This document shows, in pieces, positions 1 to 12,177 of a stretch of 64,000 nt of DNA. Where the stretch lies: the NCBI GenBank assembly GCA_963783385.1, contig CAWANJ010000009.1, positions 832,001-896,000 on the forward strand. The letters are read 5' to 3'. A model generated the notes under the pieces. That model was given only the letters and a program-made list of their open reading frames with translations. It was not told the DNA's origin and searched no databases. The DNA comes from an uncultured Gemmatimonadales bacterium. Its GTDB lineage: Bacteria; Gemmatimonadota; Gemmatimonadetes; Palauibacterales; Palauibacteraceae. A program made the translations under genes and the position numbers. How positions within the stretch are numbered: the first letter of the stretch is position 1; each line of letters begins with the position of its first letter.

Positions 1-58
1 CGTCCTCGCCCGCGAACGAAGCGTCCCGGGACTCGCCCGGAACCTCGCGGCGCGCGGC

Positions 59-937
59 GTGGGGGTCGGCGCCAGGCCGGCGGCCACGGCCGCCGAGCTG
101 GACACGGAGGTGCGCCGCTGGGCCGCCGGGCACCTGGCCCTGCTGCGCCGCCGCATGGGCCATCGCCGCTCCCTCGCGGCGCGCGTGATCCTCGACGACG
201 CGGACCGGCGCGCGGTGCGCGCCCTCCTCCGGGGCGCAGCGGAGGGAGCTCCGGCCGCCGTCCGCCTGACCGGCGTCATCCCGTCTCCCCGCCTCCCTCT
301 CCCGCGGCTCGAGGAGCTGGCCCGGTGCGATTCCATCGAAGACCTGGGGGATCGGCTCGAGCGACTGGGGCACCCGGCAGCCGCTCCGCTCCATGCGGCC
401 CCCGGCGGAATGGTGCCGGACCTCTTCCGCCTCGAGGCCGCGCTGGACCGGGCCTACGCCCGTCGTGCCCTGGAGGGTCCCGGCCGCGGCGGGGACCTGC
501 TGGCCTTCGTGCGAGAGGAGATCGACCTGCGGAACGCCTGGTCGATCCTGACCCTGTCGGGCACCGCCGGCGCTGGCGACACGGACGGACTCCACCTGGA
601 GGGAGGGGAGCGGATCTCCCCTGCCCGCTTCCGGGACCTGTGCGGCACGGACCCCGAACGGGCCCGGCGCGCGCTGACCGGGACCTTCGCCGGCGGGCCC
701 CTCTCCGGCCTGTTCCGGGAGACGGCCTCGACGGCGACGCTGGAACGGCGGGCCCTGGAGCTGCGGGTCATCGCGTGGACGCGCCGCGGGCGGGCCCTCC
801 CCCTCGGACCCGCGCCGTTGCTGGCCTTCGCCCTGCGGCTCGCGGCCTCCACCTACGATCTGTGCTCGCTGGTGTGGGGGTGCGCGCTCGACGCTCCGCC
901 CGACCGGCGGCTGCCGGCGCTCCGGGAGGTCGCATGA
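59..937 (+). CDS. V/A-type ATP synthase subunit C (true start may lie upstream of the window)
   Basis: EAALDRAY and EEIDLRN motifs typical of subunit C; first gene of an overlapping C-F-A-B-D run. Confidence 0.75.
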   Translation: MGVGARPAATAAELDTEVRRWAAGHLALLRRRMGHRRSLAARVILDDADRRAVRALLRGAAEGAPAAVRLTGVIPSPRLPLPRLEELARCDSIEDLGDRLERLGHPAAAPLHAAPGGMVPDLFRLEAALDRAYARRALEGPGRGGDLLAFVREEIDLRNAWSILTLSGTAGAGDTDGLHLEGGERISPARFRDLCGTDPERARRALTGTFAGGPLSGLFRETASTATLERRALELRVIAWTRRGRALPLGPAPLLAFALRLAASTYDLCSLVWGCALDAPPDRRLPALREVA

Positions 938-1260
938 AGCGTCGAGCCCGGATCGTGTGCACGCCGGCCCTCGCGCCGGGCTTCCGGCTCGCCGGGCTCC
1001 CCGTCCAGGAGGCGGTGACCGCCGCGGACGCCGCACGGGAGCTGTCGGCCCTGCGCCGTCGGCCCGAGGTGGGCATCGTGTTGGTGGAGCAGGGGCTGTT
1101 CGAGGCGCTCGCCGAGGACGAGCGGGCCGCGTCGGAGCGAGGGGCGCTTCCGGTCGTGGTCCCGTTCCCGGGCCCGGAGTGGGCGCGGGCGGAGGACGCC
1201 GAGGCCTACGTGGTCCGCCTCCTGCGCCGGGCCATCGGCTACCGGGTGAGGCTCCGGTGA
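934..1260 (+). CDS. V/A-type ATP synthase subunit F
   Basis: ATG at 934 overlaps the upstream TGA; GFRLAG motif and C-terminal RRAIG. Confidence 0.9.
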   Translation: MKRRARIVCTPALAPGFRLAGLPVQEAVTAADAARELSALRRRPEVGIVLVEQGLFEALAEDERAASERGALPVVVPFPGPEWARAEDAEAYVVRLLRRAIGYRVRLR

Positions 1261-3050
1261 ACGGACCCCGGGTGGTCATGGCGGCCGGCGCCCTGGCCCG
1301 GCTCGAGCCTCTACGGGAAGCGTCCCTGAACGAGCTCGTGCGGGTCGGGGAGGCCGGTCTCCTCGGCGAGGTGATCCGTCTCCAGGGCGACGTTGCCACC
1401 GTGCAGGTGTTCGAGGAGACGGCCGGGCTGCGCCTGGGCGAGCCGGCTCGCCCGACCGGCGGCCCCCTGACCGCCGAGCTGGGTCCCGGCCTGGCCGGGG
1501 CGGTCCTCGACGGAGTGGGACGCCCGCTCGAGGCCGTGGCCCGGGCGTCGGGGGCCTTCCTGCCGCCGGGCGCCAAGGCGGCCACCCTGCCCCGGGACCG
1601 GCGGTGGGAGTTCCGGCCCACGGTCGGCCCGGGCTGGACGGTGGGCGGTGGAGACATCCTCGGAACGGTGGACGAGAAGCCGGGGCTCGAACACCGGATC
1701 CTGGTGCCGCCGCACGTGGCCGGCCGCATTTCCGCCCTCGAGGCCGGCAGCTACGCGGTAGACGAGCCGATCGGCGCCCTCGAGGACGGCACGGAGCTGC
1801 GGCTCGGCCACCGATGGCCGGTGCGCCTGCCCCGGCCCGTGGCCGCCCGCCTGCGCGGCGACCGGCCCATGGTCACGGGTCAGCGGGTCTTCGACCTCCT
1901 GTTCCCGGTCGCACAGGGAGGCACCGTGGCGGTCCCGGGCGGCTTCGGAACCGGCAAGACCGTCATCGAGCAGACGCTGGCCAAGTTCGCCGAGGCCGAC
2001 GTGGTCGTGTACGTCGGCTGCGGCGAGCGCGGCAACGAGATGGCGGAGGTGCTGGAGGAGTTCCCGGCCCTCGAGGACCCGCGCAGCGGACGCTCGATCA
2101 TGGATCGCACGGTGCTGGTCGTGAACACGTCCAACATGCCGGTGGCGGCGCGGGAGGCCTCGACCTACCTGGGGATGACGGTCGCCGAGTACTACCGGGA
2201 CATGGGCTACAGGGTGGCGCTCCTCTCGGACAGCCTGTCGCGCTGGGCCGAGGCGCTGCGGGAGATCGCCTCCCGCCTCCAGGAGCTGCCGGGCGAGGAG
2301 GGTTATCCCACCTACCTGTCCAGCCGCCTCGGGGCCCTGTTCGAGCGGGCCGGGCGCTGCGCTCCGCTCGGAAGCCCGGAGCGCGAGGGTGCCGTCACCT
2401 TCATCGCCGCGGTCTCTCCCCCCGGCGGCGACTTCTCGGAGCCGGTGACCCAGGCCTCCCTCCGGGCGGCGGGAGCCCTGTGGGCGCTCGACCCGGCCCT
2501 GGCCCACCAGCGCCAGTTCCCCGCCGTGGACTGGGAGGTGAGCTACAGCCTGTACGCCGGACCGACCGCCGGGTGGTTCGCCCACGAGGTGGGCGCGGAC
2601 TGGCCTGAGCTGCGCCAGGAGGTCCTCACCCTGCTGGAGAGGGACCGGGAGCTCCGGGACGTCGCGGGCCTCGTGGGACCCGAAGCGCTGGAGGACAGCG
2701 ACCGACTCCTCCTGCAGGTGGCGAGGCTGGTGCGGGAGCTGCTCATCGGACAGAGCGCGGTGGACCCGGTGGATGCGTTCTCGCCGCTCGCTCGGACGCA
2801 CGCGCTCGCCGAGCTCCTGATCGCGCTGCGGGATGGGGCGCGCTCGGCGATCGACCGCGGCCGCGCGCTCGAGTCGCTGGACCTGTCCCCCGCCGTTCGC
2901 GCCCTGTCGGCCGTCCGGCGCGCCGCCCCCGACGAGCTGCCCGGCCGCGTCGAGGAGGCCCGCGCCGCCATCGAGGCGCTACGCGAGAAGGGGACGGAGG
3001 GGGACCTCCCGGCCGGCGAGGACGTCACGGCGGGCGAGGGGGAAGCGTGA
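1257..3050 (+). CDS. V/A-type ATP synthase subunit A
   Basis: GTG at 1257; Walker [43 protein letters not shown]. Confidence 0.97.
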   Translation: MNGPRVVMAAGALARLEPLREASLNELVRVGEAGLLGEVIRLQGDVATVQVFEETAGLRLGEPARPTGGPLTAELGPGLAGAVLDGVGRPLEAVARASGAFLPPGAKAATLPRDRRWEFRPTVGPGWTVGGGDILGTVDEKPGLEHRILVPPHVAGRISALEAGSYAVDEPIGALEDGTELRLGHRWPVRLPRPVAARLRGDRPMVTGQRVFDLLFPVAQGGTVAVPGGFGTGKTVIEQTLAKFAEADVVVYVGCGERGNEMAEVLEEFPALEDPRSGRSIMDRTVLVVNTSNMPVAAREASTYLGMTVAEYYRDMGYRVALLSDSLSRWAEALREIASRLQELPGEEGYPTYLSSRLGALFERAGRCAPLGSPEREGAVTFIAAVSPPGGDFSEPVTQASLRAAGALWALDPALAHQRQFPAVDWEVSYSLYAGPTAGWFAHEVGADWPELRQEVLTLLERDRELRDVAGLVGPEALEDSDRLLLQVARLVRELLIGQSAVDPVDAFSPLARTHALAELLIALRDGARSAIDRGRALESLDLSPAVRALSAVRRAAPDELPGRVEEARAAIEALREKGTEGDLPAGEDVTAGEGEA

Positions 3051-4429
3051 CCGCTCCGGTCCGGACCTACCGCGGCGCGGCGGGGGCCAGTGGCCCCCTG
3101 CTCTACCTCCCGGACGCCCGGGGCGCGGTCCTGGGCGAGTGGGTGGCGCTCGAATCCCCCGGCCAGCCGCCGCGACGCGGCCAGGTCATCGAGGTGGGCA
3201 CGCAGCTCACGGTCATCCAGCTCCTCGAGGAGAGCCACGGGCTGGCCCCGGCCAGCACGCGGGTCACACTCACGGGCGAGCTCGCCGGCACGCCGGTAGG
3301 CCTCGAGTTCCTGGGCCGGGTCCTGGACGGGGCCGGGAATCCCCTGGACGGACTGCCCCGTCCGGTCGGAGAGGCGTGGCGGCCCGTGTGGGGAGCCCCG
3401 CTCAATCCCGTCCGCCGCGCCCGACCGGCGGACGTGATCGAGACCGGGATCTCGGCCATCGACGGGCTCAACACGCTGGTCCGGGGGCAGAAGCTCCCCG
3501 TGTTTTCGGGACCGGGGCTGCCGGGGCTCGACCTGGCCGCCCGCGTCGTGGAGAGCGCCCGCGTCCCGGGTGGCGAGCCCTTCGCCGTCGTGTTCGTGGC
3601 CATCGGCATCACCGAGCGCGAGACCCGCGGCTTCCTCGAGCGGTTCGAGGACCGGGAGGCGCTGGAGCGCACCGTCGTGTTCCTGAACCGAACGAGCGAC
3701 CCGACGCTCGAGCGGCTCCTGGCGCCGCGACTGGCCCTCACGGTGGCCGAGTACCTGGCGTTCGACGCGGGACTGCACGTGCTGGTCGTCATGGCGGACA
3801 TCACCCACTACTGCGACGCTCTCCGGGAGATCGCGGCCTACCGGGAAGAGATCCCGGGGCGCCGCGGCTACCCCGGCTACATGTACTCCGATCTGGCCAC
3901 TCTCTTCGAGCGGGCCGGGATCCTCCGCGACGGGACGGGATCGCTCACACAGCTCCCGGTTCTCACCATGCCCGATGACGACATCACGCATCCGATCCCG
4001 GACCTCACGGGCTACATCACCGAGGGCCAGATCGTACTCGGGCGGGACCTTCACCGGCGCGGCATCTCTCCACCGGTGGACGTGCTCCCCTCCCTGTCGA
4101 GGCTCATGAAGGCCGGCATCGGCCGGGGACGGACGGCCTCCTTCCACCGCGCCTGGGCCGACCAGATCTACGCTCTGTACGCGCAGGGCCGCGAGGCCCG
4201 CCTCACCGCCGCGATCGTCGGCGAGGCCGGACTCTCGGAGGCCGACCGCAGGGCCGTCGGGTTCGCGGACCGCTTCGAGGGAGAGTTCCTGGGGCAGGGA
4301 GCCCGGCGTCGCTCCTTCGACGAGACCTTCGCCGTGGGCTGGACGCTGCTGGAGTCCATGCCCCGCGAGGAGCTCCTCCGCATCGACCACGAGACCTGGG
4401 CCGCACGGCCGGGCGCGGACGGAGGTTGA
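3047..4429 (+). CDS. V/A-type ATP synthase subunit B
   Basis: [43 protein letters not shown]. Confidence 0.97.
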   Translation: MTAPVRTYRGAAGASGPLLYLPDARGAVLGEWVALESPGQPPRRGQVIEVGTQLTVIQLLEESHGLAPASTRVTLTGELAGTPVGLEFLGRVLDGAGNPLDGLPRPVGEAWRPVWGAPLNPVRRARPADVIETGISAIDGLNTLVRGQKLPVFSGPGLPGLDLAARVVESARVPGGEPFAVVFVAIGITERETRGFLERFEDREALERTVVFLNRTSDPTLERLLAPRLALTVAEYLAFDAGLHVLVVMADITHYCDALREIAAYREEIPGRRGYPGYMYSDLATLFERAGILRDGTGSLTQLPVLTMPDDDITHPIPDLTGYITEGQIVLGRDLHRRGISPPVDVLPSLSRLMKAGIGRGRTASFHRAWADQIYALYAQGREARLTAAIVGEAGLSEADRRAVGFADRFEGEFLGQGARRRSFDETFAVGWTLLESMPREELLRIDHETWAARPGADGG

Positions 4430-5124
4430 CCGTGGCCACGGCGCGCGGCCCCGCCCCCACACGCTGGAACCTCCTGCGCACGACCCGACGGCTGGGCCGC
4501 GTTCGCAAGGGAGCCGAGCTCCTCAGCCGGAAGCGGAGGGCGCTCGTGACCGAGCTGTTCGATCTCGCCCGTCCCGCGCTCGAGGATCGCACCCGGCTCG
4601 CCCGACGTGCCGCCACCGCCTACCCGGCCCTCCTGCGGGCGCTATCGGTCCGCGGCGGAGCCGACGCGCGCGCCCTGGGTTGGCCGACCCGGGACCCCGA
4701 GGTCGAAATGGAGCTCCACGAGACGTGGGGGGTCCGCGTGGCCGAGATCCTCGGAGCCCCGGGGATCCGGCGAACCCCGTTCGAGCGGGGCGTGGCGCCC
4801 GCCTGCACCGGCCCCTCGGTGACCGAGGCCGCCGACGAGTTCGAGGACTTCGTGGCGCTCCTCCTCGAGGCCGCCTCCCGGGAGACGCAGATCCGCAGGC
4901 TTGCCCGGGCCCTGGCGCGCACTTCGCGGCAGGTCAACACGCTCGAGCAGCGCGTGGGTCCGGACCTGGCGAGACAGGCGGCCGAGATCCGGCGCACGCT
5001 CGAGGAGCGCGAGCGTGAGGACCATTTGAGGTTGCGTCGGCTGGGCAAGAAGAAGGGCGGCCGGCCAGGGTCGCTGGAGGAAGCCGGCGCCGTCAGCCCT
5101 TCGGGCTCACCGCGTACCCGATGA
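4426..5124 (+). CDS. V/A-type ATP synthase subunit D
   Basis: PTRWNL, LLSRKR and RQVNTLE/LEERERE motifs; operon position. Confidence 0.92.
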   Translation: MTVATARGPAPTRWNLLRTTRRLGRVRKGAELLSRKRRALVTELFDLARPALEDRTRLARRAATAYPALLRALSVRGGADARALGWPTRDPEVEMELHETWGVRVAEILGAPGIRRTPFERGVAPACTGPSVTEAADEFEDFVALLLEAASRETQIRRLARALARTSRQVNTLEQRVGPDLARQAAEIRRTLEEREREDHLRLRRLGKKKGGRPGSLEEAGAVSPSGSPRTR

Positions 5125-6193
5125 TCGTGAGCGTGACCATGTAGACGATCATCGCGACGCCGAGCCAGATGAAGAGGCGCGTCCGCCGGCCCCGGACCGC
5201 CGGCCGGTCCAGCACGGGAACCAGGAACAGGAGCAGTCCGGCCAGCCCGAAGCCCAGGATGCCCACGGCCTCTCCCTCGAACCCGAGGATGTAGGCGGGC
5301 AGGTACTTCAGGGTCTGGAACATGAACATGAAGTACCACTCGGGCTTGATGCCCACCGGCGCCGATGCGAACGGGTCCGCCTTCTTCCCCAGCTCCGCGG
5401 GAAGGTAAGCCGCCAACGCGGCCAGAACGGCCAGCGCGGCGAGCCAGCCCAACAGGTCCCGGAGAAGGAAGTCCGGCAGGAACGGAATGCTGCGTGCCGG
5501 CTTCTGCTCGCTCTCCACCTCGGGCGGCACGCTCATCCCATGTCTCTGAACCAGGTACACGTGCAGACCCAGCACGAGGAAGACGAGCGCCGGCAGCACC
5601 GCGGTGTGGAGCGCATAGAATCGGGTGAGCGTCGCTCCCGTGACGTCATTCCCTCCTCGGAGCGCCCGCAGGAGGAACTGACCCACCCCCGGGACCACCC
5701 CGACGATTCGCGTACCCACCGTCGTGGCGAAGTAGGAGAGCTCGTTCCAGGGCAGCAGGTAGCCGGTGAAGCCGAGCGTCATCCCGAGCGCCAGCAACAC
5801 CACGCCCGTGAACCAGGTCAACTCCCGGGGCGGCCGGTAAGCCCTCAGGAGGAGCACGCTGAACATGTGGATGAACAGCGTGAAGATCATGAGGTTGGCC
5901 GCCCAGTGATGGATGGAGCGGACCAGCCAGCCGAAGTGCACGTCGGTCATCAGGAACTGGATCGACTCGTACGCGCCCTCGGCGTTGGGCCGGTAGTAGA
6001 ACAGGAGGAGGACGCCGGTCACGACCTGAACGATGAACAGGAAGAGGGTCATCCCGCCCAGGTAGTACCAGATCGTGTGGCGGTGGAGGGGGACCTGCTT
6101 CTTCTTCCCCAGGCGCTCCATCTCGCCCAGGATGCCCACGCGGTCGTCGAACCACGCCCGGAGAGCGCCCAACCGGCTGCCCGTGCCGCTCAT
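5093..6193 (-). CDS. Cytochrome b of a Rieske/cytochrome b complex (unsplit, canonical Qo site)
   Basis: Four heme-b His ([19 protein letters not shown]), TGYLLPW and PEWYF; no heme ci Cys (YYLGG). Confidence 0.95.
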   Translation of the reverse strand: MSGTGSRLGALRAWFDDRVGILGEMERLGKKKQVPLHRHTIWYYLGGMTLFLFIVQVVTGVLLLFYYRPNAEGAYESIQFLMTDVHFGWLVRSIHHWAANLMIFTLFIHMFSVLLLRAYRPPRELTWFTGVVLLALGMTLGFTGYLLPWNELSYFATTVGTRIVGVVPGVGQFLLRALRGGNDVTGATLTRFYALHTAVLPALVFLVLGLHVYLVQRHGMSVPPEVESEQKPARSIPFLPDFLLRDLLGWLAALAVLAALAAYLPAELGKKADPFASAPVGIKPEWYFMFMFQTLKYLPAYILGFEGEAVGILGFGLAGLLLFLVPVLDRPAVRGRRTRLFIWLGVAMIVYMVTLTIIGYAVSPKG

Positions 6194-6684
6194 CCGGCCT
6201 GTCCCCGGCTCACGACGATGCGGTCACCCTGCACGTTGACGACGTACTCCGCGAGCGGCTTGGGAGGCGGACCGGACACGTTGATCCCCTGGAGGTTGTA
6301 GTGCCCGTTGTGACACGGACACCAGATCTGGCTCAGGTCCGGTCGGTACTCGACGATGCATCCCAGGTGCGTGCACACGGCGGTGAAGGCGCGCAGGTCG
6401 CCCGACGGGGTGCGGATCAGAATGGCCGGCTTGTTTCCGAACTTGAAGATCTGGCCCGAATTGGGCTTGACGTCCTCGGGCTTGACGGACAGCGCCACGC
6501 TGTTCGCCGCCGATTGGGCCTCCTCCGGAGGGACAATGTAGCGAACGATGGGATAGAACACGGCCGCGGCGACGCCGCCCGCCCCGAGGCCCAGGATCCA
6601 GTTGACGACCTCGCGGCGGCTGGAGCCGTCACGCTGCGAGCCGCCCCGGCGCCCGTGCTCCTGGCGGACTTCCTCACCGTCCAT
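6190..6684 (-). CDS. Rieske [2Fe-2S] subunit (canonical)
   Basis: SRREVV Tat-like motif plus TM helix; CTHLGC and CPCHNG boxes intact; alternative GTG start at 6696. Confidence 0.95.
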   Translation of the reverse strand: MDGEEVRQEHGRRGGSQRDGSSRREVVNWILGLGAGGVAAAVFYPIVRYIVPPEEAQSAANSVALSVKPEDVKPNSGQIFKFGNKPAILIRTPSGDLRAFTAVCTHLGCIVEYRPDLSQIWCPCHNGHYNLQGINVSGPPPKPLAEYVVNVQGDRIVVSRGQAG

Positions 6685-8080
6685 GGCTTCCCTCACCTCC
6701 GTTCCCGCGCTGTTTTCCTTCTCCGGATCCGGCCGACCTTCCGGTCTTCCGGATCTTCAGCACCAGCATCGTGATGACCAGCAGGATCAGGGCTGCGGAG
6801 ACCGCCAGGCCCAGCCTGCGGACCTGGAGCTCCTGCAGCGCGTCCCGGCCCCGGGTGGCGGACTCGTCAGCCACCTCGAGTCCGGGATCGACCTTGGCCT
6901 TCACCGAGTCCACCACGAACGAGTGGATGGCGGCCCGCGCCTGGATGAGCGCGTTCCGGGCGTTGCTGAGGTTGGCCTGGGCCTGGCTCACCTCCATGCC
7001 GGCGTCCGCGGCACGACCGAGGATGGAGTCCGCCACCTGCATGCGGCCCGCCAGCGAGTCGATCAGCGAGCGCTCGCCCGTGGCCACCTGCGCGCCCTTG
7101 CTGTCGGCCGTGTGGCACCGACCGCAAACCGCGCTGTCCCCGACTCCCAGGAAGGCGTCCGTGGGCGCGTGGATCTCGTGGTTCCCGTGGCAGGTGACGC
7201 ATCCGGGAGCCCCGATCATGCTGAAGATCTCCGAGTGGAAGCTGGCCTCGAAGCGCCCGGCCTGTACGGCGTGACACTGACCGCACACGTTCACCACGCT
7301 GGAAACGCCCGGAGGGGTGGCTCCGTGGCTGCCGTGGCAGTCGTTGCACGTCGGAGCCGAGAGGTCGCCCTTCTGCGAGAGCGTCGCCCAGTGGACGCTC
7401 TTCTCATACTTCTGCATCTGGTCCGTCGGAATGCCGTACGGCTTCATGTAGTCCGCATCCGCGTGGCAGCGGCCACAGGTCCGGGCCACGTGGACGGGGT
7501 ACACGTTGGACTTGGGGTCCGACGGGGGGCGAATGGAGTGAATGTGGTGGCAGTCGGCGCACGTGGCCACGAGCGTGTCCCCGGCCGCGAGGCGGCGGCC
7601 GTGGACCGAAGTCCGGTACTCGGCGACCTGATCGACGCGCAGCGACGGGTTGAAGCGCTTCATGAACTGCGCGTCGGAATGGCAGCGTCCGCACAGCTCC
7701 GGGATGTCCTTCCGCGAGGGTATGCCGATGAACCCCTTCGCCGGATCCATGGCGCCGAAGCCGGAGTCCTTGTCATCGCCCCCGTGACAGGCGACGCACC
7801 CGAATCCCTTGCTCGCGTGGATGTCGTCGTGGAACTGCTTCGCCGGCGCCGAGAAGCGCTCGGAGTCGAGGGACCGGTGGCAGGTGACGCAGCTCTCCTC
7901 GGGCCGAGTCGCGCCCGTCGTGTCCGCGCTCGCCGCCCCCGTCGTGTCGGCGGCCGCGGCCGTGTCTCCTCGCGCCGGGGCGGCGGCCTCAGGGGTTCCC
8001 TGAGCGAAGATCTGTACGGTTCCGAAAGGCGATGCGGCCACAGCGAGGACGAAGCAAGCGAGTAGGGAGCGCACGCTCAT
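6674..8080 (-). CDS. Nonaheme cytochrome c with C-terminal membrane anchor
   Basis: Signal peptide from ATG 8080, 9 CXXCH motifs, helical region and C-terminal TM helix. Confidence 0.92.
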   Translation of the reverse strand: MSVRSLLACFVLAVAASPFGTVQIFAQGTPEAAAPARGDTAAAADTTGAASADTTGATRPEESCVTCHRSLDSERFSAPAKQFHDDIHASKGFGCVACHGGDDKDSGFGAMDPAKGFIGIPSRKDIPELCGRCHSDAQFMKRFNPSLRVDQVAEYRTSVHGRRLAAGDTLVATCADCHHIHSIRPPSDPKSNVYPVHVARTCGRCHADADYMKPYGIPTDQMQKYEKSVHWATLSQKGDLSAPTCNDCHGSHGATPPGVSSVVNVCGQCHAVQAGRFEASFHSEIFSMIGAPGCVTCHGNHEIHAPTDAFLGVGDSAVCGRCHTADSKGAQVATGERSLIDSLAGRMQVADSILGRAADAGMEVSQAQANLSNARNALIQARAAIHSFVVDSVKAKVDPGLEVADESATRGRDALQELQVRRLGLAVSAALILLVITMLVLKIRKTGRSAGSGEGKQRGNGGEGSHGR

Positions 8081-9306
8081 CGTGACCTCGCGCTGAGTGA
8101 CTGCAGGTAGGTCGCCACGTCGGCCGTCTCCTGGGCCGTCAGAGACGGCCACCTGGTCCCCGGCGCGGTCGTCCCCGACACGGTGAGGTGGCTCCACAGA
8201 GCGGCCAGGACCGCGGGGACCGAGCTCAGGTTACGCACCTTTCCCAGGTCGCCGGCCTGTCCTCGGCCCGCCCCGTCGAGCGTATGGCAGGCGAGGCATC
8301 CCTTGCCGCGGATCAGGGCCCGGCCCCTGGCGGCGTCCCCCGAGGTGGAGAAGTAGCGGGCGGAATACAGGTAGGCCACCAGGTCGGCCATCTCGTCCGG
8401 ACCCACGGACGGCACCGCCATGCCCCGCCGCTCCATCCCCGCGATCATCGCGGGAGCCTCGTTCCACATGGCCGCCGCGAAGTCGATGAGCGTCCGCCCG
8501 GTGTCACGGCCGGAGAAGTCCGGGCCCCTCTGGCCCGGGCCCGTCCCATCGTGGCAAGTCGCGCAGCCCTTGGCCTCGAAGACCTGTCGTCCCATCTCCG
8601 CGCTCCCCGGTAGCACGTAGAACTGCCCTTCGCGGGGCGCCTCGGCACGGGACTCGAGGAAGGAGATGAGGTCGAGGAGCTGCTGGCCCGTGAAGGTGGG
8701 ACGCCGAATGCCCAGCGTGCGCATCTTCCGCATCATGGCCGGCCCATGGTTCCACAGGGCGGCGGCCACCACGATGGGCGAGCCGAACTGGCTGAGGAAG
8801 TCCAGGTCCGGGCCCACGACCCCGCCGGACCCGTCCACCTGGTGACACCGTATGCACTGCTTCTCCGAGAACAGCCGCTCCCCCCGGAGCGGGTCTCCCT
8901 GCTGGCCGAACGCGTTCACCGTCGACAGGAAGGCGCTCAGGTCACCGGCCTCCTCCGGCGTGAGGCGGAACGGCTTGACATCCCGCGCGAGCATGCGCTC
9001 GCGCATGCCCGGGAGATGGTTCCAGATGTCGGCGGCGAGGCCGAAGAAGGTGGGCGGCCCCTCCAGCCGGCCCAGGTCGGGGCCGATGTGGGCACCGATG
9101 CCGTTGATGGCATGACAGCCCGAGCATCCCTTGGAGCCGAAGACCCGGGCGCCCGTCAGGGCGCTCTCTGCGGAGGGAGGCGGCTGCTGGGCCGCCAGGC
9201 GGCCCGCGGGAATCCATCCGAACACCGCCAGCACCACGATCCCCACGAAGCGCAGAAGGCGTGGCCACACGCGGTCCGTCACCGAGGTGCGCATGGGGTG
9301 CGTCAC
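8077..9306 (-). CDS. Cytochrome c with four class-I-like monoheme domains
   Basis: CSGCH, CIRCH, CATCH and CLACH, with recurring GPDL and WNH-P-M elements. Confidence 0.88.
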   Translation of the reverse strand: MTHPMRTSVTDRVWPRLLRFVGIVVLAVFGWIPAGRLAAQQPPPSAESALTGARVFGSKGCSGCHAINGIGAHIGPDLGRLEGPPTFFGLAADIWNHLPGMRERMLARDVKPFRLTPEEAGDLSAFLSTVNAFGQQGDPLRGERLFSEKQCIRCHQVDGSGGVVGPDLDFLSQFGSPIVVAAALWNHGPAMMRKMRTLGIRRPTFTGQQLLDLISFLESRAEAPREGQFYVLPGSAEMGRQVFEAKGCATCHDGTGPGQRGPDFSGRDTGRTLIDFAAAMWNEAPAMIAGMERRGMAVPSVGPDEMADLVAYLYSARYFSTSGDAARGRALIRGKGCLACHTLDGAGRGQAGDLGKVRNLSSVPAVLAALWSHLTVSGTTAPGTRWPSLTAQETADVATYLQSLSARSR

Positions 9307-9379
9307 GGAAGGAACTCGGCCGCCGCGGGAAGGGGGGCCCTCGCCACGGCGTCCATGGAGCGAGCTGCCGATCCTGCTC

Positions 9380-9844
9380 CTAGCTCTTCCCCTGGCCCTT
9401 GTCTTCCTTTTCCGCCTTGGCCGGGTGATGGCACACCGGACACATGTCGCTGGTGCGGCCGGCGTGGCTGGCGGGAATGTCCGGCACGTTCTTCATGGCC
9501 CCGGGCTTGTGGCACATGAGACATTCGCTCCGTCCCTCCGTCTCGTGTGGGATCGCCGGCGGCGCGGCCTTCTGGACCTCGGCGTCCGGCGCGTGACACA
9601 GGAGGCACTCCTTGACCGTGCGGCCTTTGTGGTCCGCGGGCATGGCGGGCACGTTCTTCATGGCGCCCGAGTGGCACATGACGCAGTTGCTTCTTCCCTC
9701 CAGAGAGTGCTTGACGACCGGGGGAGTCTTCCACTGCGACGCCGCGGGCTTCGCCGGCGCTTCCTTCTCCTGCGCGGCCGCCGGGGAGGCGACAACGGCT
9801 CCGAACAGAAGTGCGACGGCACCGACCGAAGCTATACGATTCAT
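9380..9844 (-). CDS. Small periplasmic tetraheme cytochrome c (duplicated NapB-like diheme unit)
   Basis: Signal peptide from ATG 9844; two copies of PP-x-x-x-H...EGRS-x-CxxCH...GAMKNVP...H-x-GRT...CxxCH. Confidence 0.85.
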   Translation of the reverse strand: MNRIASVGAVALLFGAVVASPAAAQEKEAPAKPAASQWKTPPVVKHSLEGRSNCVMCHSGAMKNVPAMPADHKGRTVKECLLCHAPDAEVQKAAPPAIPHETEGRSECLMCHKPGAMKNVPDIPASHAGRTSDMCPVCHHPAKAEKEDKGQGKS

Positions 9845-10017
9845 AACGGCTCGCTCCTTAGAAGTACTGGAGGATCGACCCTGCACTCTAACGTCCCTTT
9901 CGGACCTCAGCAACAAGGACGGCACCGGGGCGCCCGACGTCACGCCATTCGCCCTCCCGGGGCGCTCACCCTGCGCAACGGCCACGCGCAGATTGGGGCC
10001 CGAGCAACCCTCCGGCA

Positions 10018-10155
10018 GTAGGGAGAAACCCGACCGGGCCGGTGGGGAAATCCGCCACCGCCTCGAGGCGCGGGCTTCGGGCGCAGTCCCCTGTCACGAT
10101 TCGTCATGGGACCGATGCAGGTTCTCCCCACGAACGCCGTCGGGAAGTTCCCGAC
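10018..10155. promoter_or_regulatory. Two pairs of 17-bp palindromic boxes in the divergent promoter region
   Basis: GTAGGG-AGAAA-CCCGAC (10018) and GTGGGG-AAATC-CGCCAC (10042); half-match box at 10115 and GTCGGG-AAGTT-CCCGAC (10139); 24-bp spacing in each pair. Confidence 0.55.
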
Positions 10156-10504
10156 AGCCCCACGCCGGCGCCTTGTGAATAATGGTACTTGAGTTTCGCC
10201 GCCCCGCGGCGAGCCTTCTCGGTTCCTCGACGAGGAGGCGTCGGAGGGGGTCGACAGCGCGTGGTCAAATCGATTATGATAGAAGCGTCTAAGCGTCGGG
10301 ACTGTACCCCCCTGGACCGGGTCGTGAACGACACGGCCGGCCAGTGTCACGCCCAGGGCCACCCAGGTGGCTCCAGACGATCAGACACCTCAGCGTGCAA
10401 GGTCTGCCTGTCCCGGCACCGATCCCGAGTCCGTCATGTTGGAGCCCGGTGAATGAGCGGTCCATTCGGGCACGCGTCGAGCTATTAGCTCCCAGGAGCG
10501 TTCT

Positions 10505-12079
10505 ATGCGATCCGTTCGTTGGCTGTCACGTTTCCTGGCCGCCCTGGTTGTGGTCGGCGGTGTCCTGGCCACCGGCTGTACGGACCGGGTGACGGTCTTC
10601 AAGCAGAAGCCCTTCTTCGACCAGCCCCCGGCCGGGGCCGGTGACTTCCTGGGCTACAGCGACCAGACGACCCAGACCACGGTGTGCGGCGACTGCCACG
10701 TCGGCGTGCAGGCGTCCTGGATCAAGACCAAGCACGCCAGCGCGTGGGCGGACCTCGAGGCGTCGGGGCATGCCAACGACACCTGCCGGCAGTGCCACAG
10801 TGTCAACGAGTTCGGCAACGCGACCACCGACTCGGGCGGCTGGACCACGACCAAGGACGCCCGCTACCAGGACGTCCAGTGCGAGAGCTGCCACGGTCCG
10901 GGACTCCAGCACGTCGAGAACCCGGATGCGAGCCAGCCGATCCCGTCCCTGGCGGTCCAGACGGACACCACGAGCCTCACGAACGGGTGCGCCGAGTGCC
11001 ACAACGGAACGCACCATCCCGTTCGTGGAGCAGTGGGCGCTGTCGAAGCACGCCACGTTCATCAACGGCGGGCCCACCGGCCACGCGGCGACGACCGAGG
11101 CGTGCGTCGGCTGCCACACCGGCCAGGGCGCGCTGGACCGGTGGGGCGTGACCGGGCCTTACAAGGAAAAGGACGCGTCGACGCCGATGCCGATCGTGTG
11201 CGGCGTGTGCCACGACCCGCACGGGAGCCCGAACCTGCACCAGCTCCGCTTCCCGATCGAGACCAGCTCGATCGAGACGCACCTGTGCGCCCAGTGCCAC
11301 AACTACGAGACGAGCCCCAATGGGGCGAGCCCGTACGGCCTCTCGCCGATGGCGCCCGAGGCGCAGCTCCTGGTGGGGACGGCCGGGTACTTCCCGCCCA
11401 ACCTCGACCTCACGCAGGCCGACTCGATCCACGGCACGCACGGGAGCACGGCGAACCCGACCCTGTGCACGACGTGTCACGTGCACGCGTTCAGCACGAC
11501 GCTGAAGGACACGGACGCGCCGTTCTCCGCGGTGGGCCACACCTTCAACGCGCTCCCCTGCATGGAGAACGGGGTACCCTCGGGGAACCTGGACTGCGCG
11601 ATCACGACCACGGCCCGGAGCTTCGACGCCTGCACCACCTCGGGGTGTCACGGTGACGCCGCCGCGACGCGCTCGGTCCTGATCTCGCGGCTCGTACTCG
11701 TCAAGGAGCGCTCGGACACGCTCAAGGCGATGCTCGACCGGATCGATCCCAACGGCACCCAGGCCGGCGGGGCCATCGATCCGAACGACGGCGTGCTGAC
11801 GCCGGCCGAGGGAGCCTTGTTCAACTACAATCTGGCCAACTGGCTGGAGGAAGTGAACGGCCAGAACAACAGCCCGGCTACTACCCGAACGGGTTCACCA
11901 ACCAGTACGTGAGCCTGCTGGGCTCGACGGTCCACAACCCGTTCCTTCTGACGGCGCTGCTGGACGGGAGCATCAATCAGCTGGCGACCACATACGCCGC
12001 GGCCAGCACGAACCCGACGTACCTGCAGCAGATCAAGACCGAGATCACGGACATCAAGGCCAAGGGCCAGGTCCACTGA
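10505..12079 (+). CDS. Multiheme cytochrome c lipoprotein, 8 CXXCH + 1 CX4CH (two apparent frameshifts, ~11018 and ~11875)
   Basis: Lipobox LATGC; ORFs 10505 and 10641 join, and a third frame reads ...GSTVHNPFLLTALLDGSI...GQVH* to TGA 12077-12079. Confidence 0.85.
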
Positions 12080-12105
12080 GGCCGGTCCGTGCGAGACGCC
12101 AGCGA

Positions 12106-12134
12106 GGCGGGCGGCCCCGGTCGGGCCGCCCGTC
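12106..12134 (+). other. GC-rich stem-loop after the cytochrome lipoprotein gene (stabiliser or terminator)
   Basis: GGCGGGCGGCCC-CGGTC-GGGCCGCCCGTC; no U-tract. Confidence 0.45.
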
Positions 12135-12177
12135 GCCTGGTTCGAGCCGCCCCTCCAACCCTCACTTCACGCAGATC

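Noticed and set aside
10505-12079. Hydroxylamine oxidoreductase or nitrite reductase call for the multiheme lipoprotein
   Set aside because: No CXXCK motif; the lipobox and adjacent porin favour an electron-conduit role, though a catalytic role cannot be excluded
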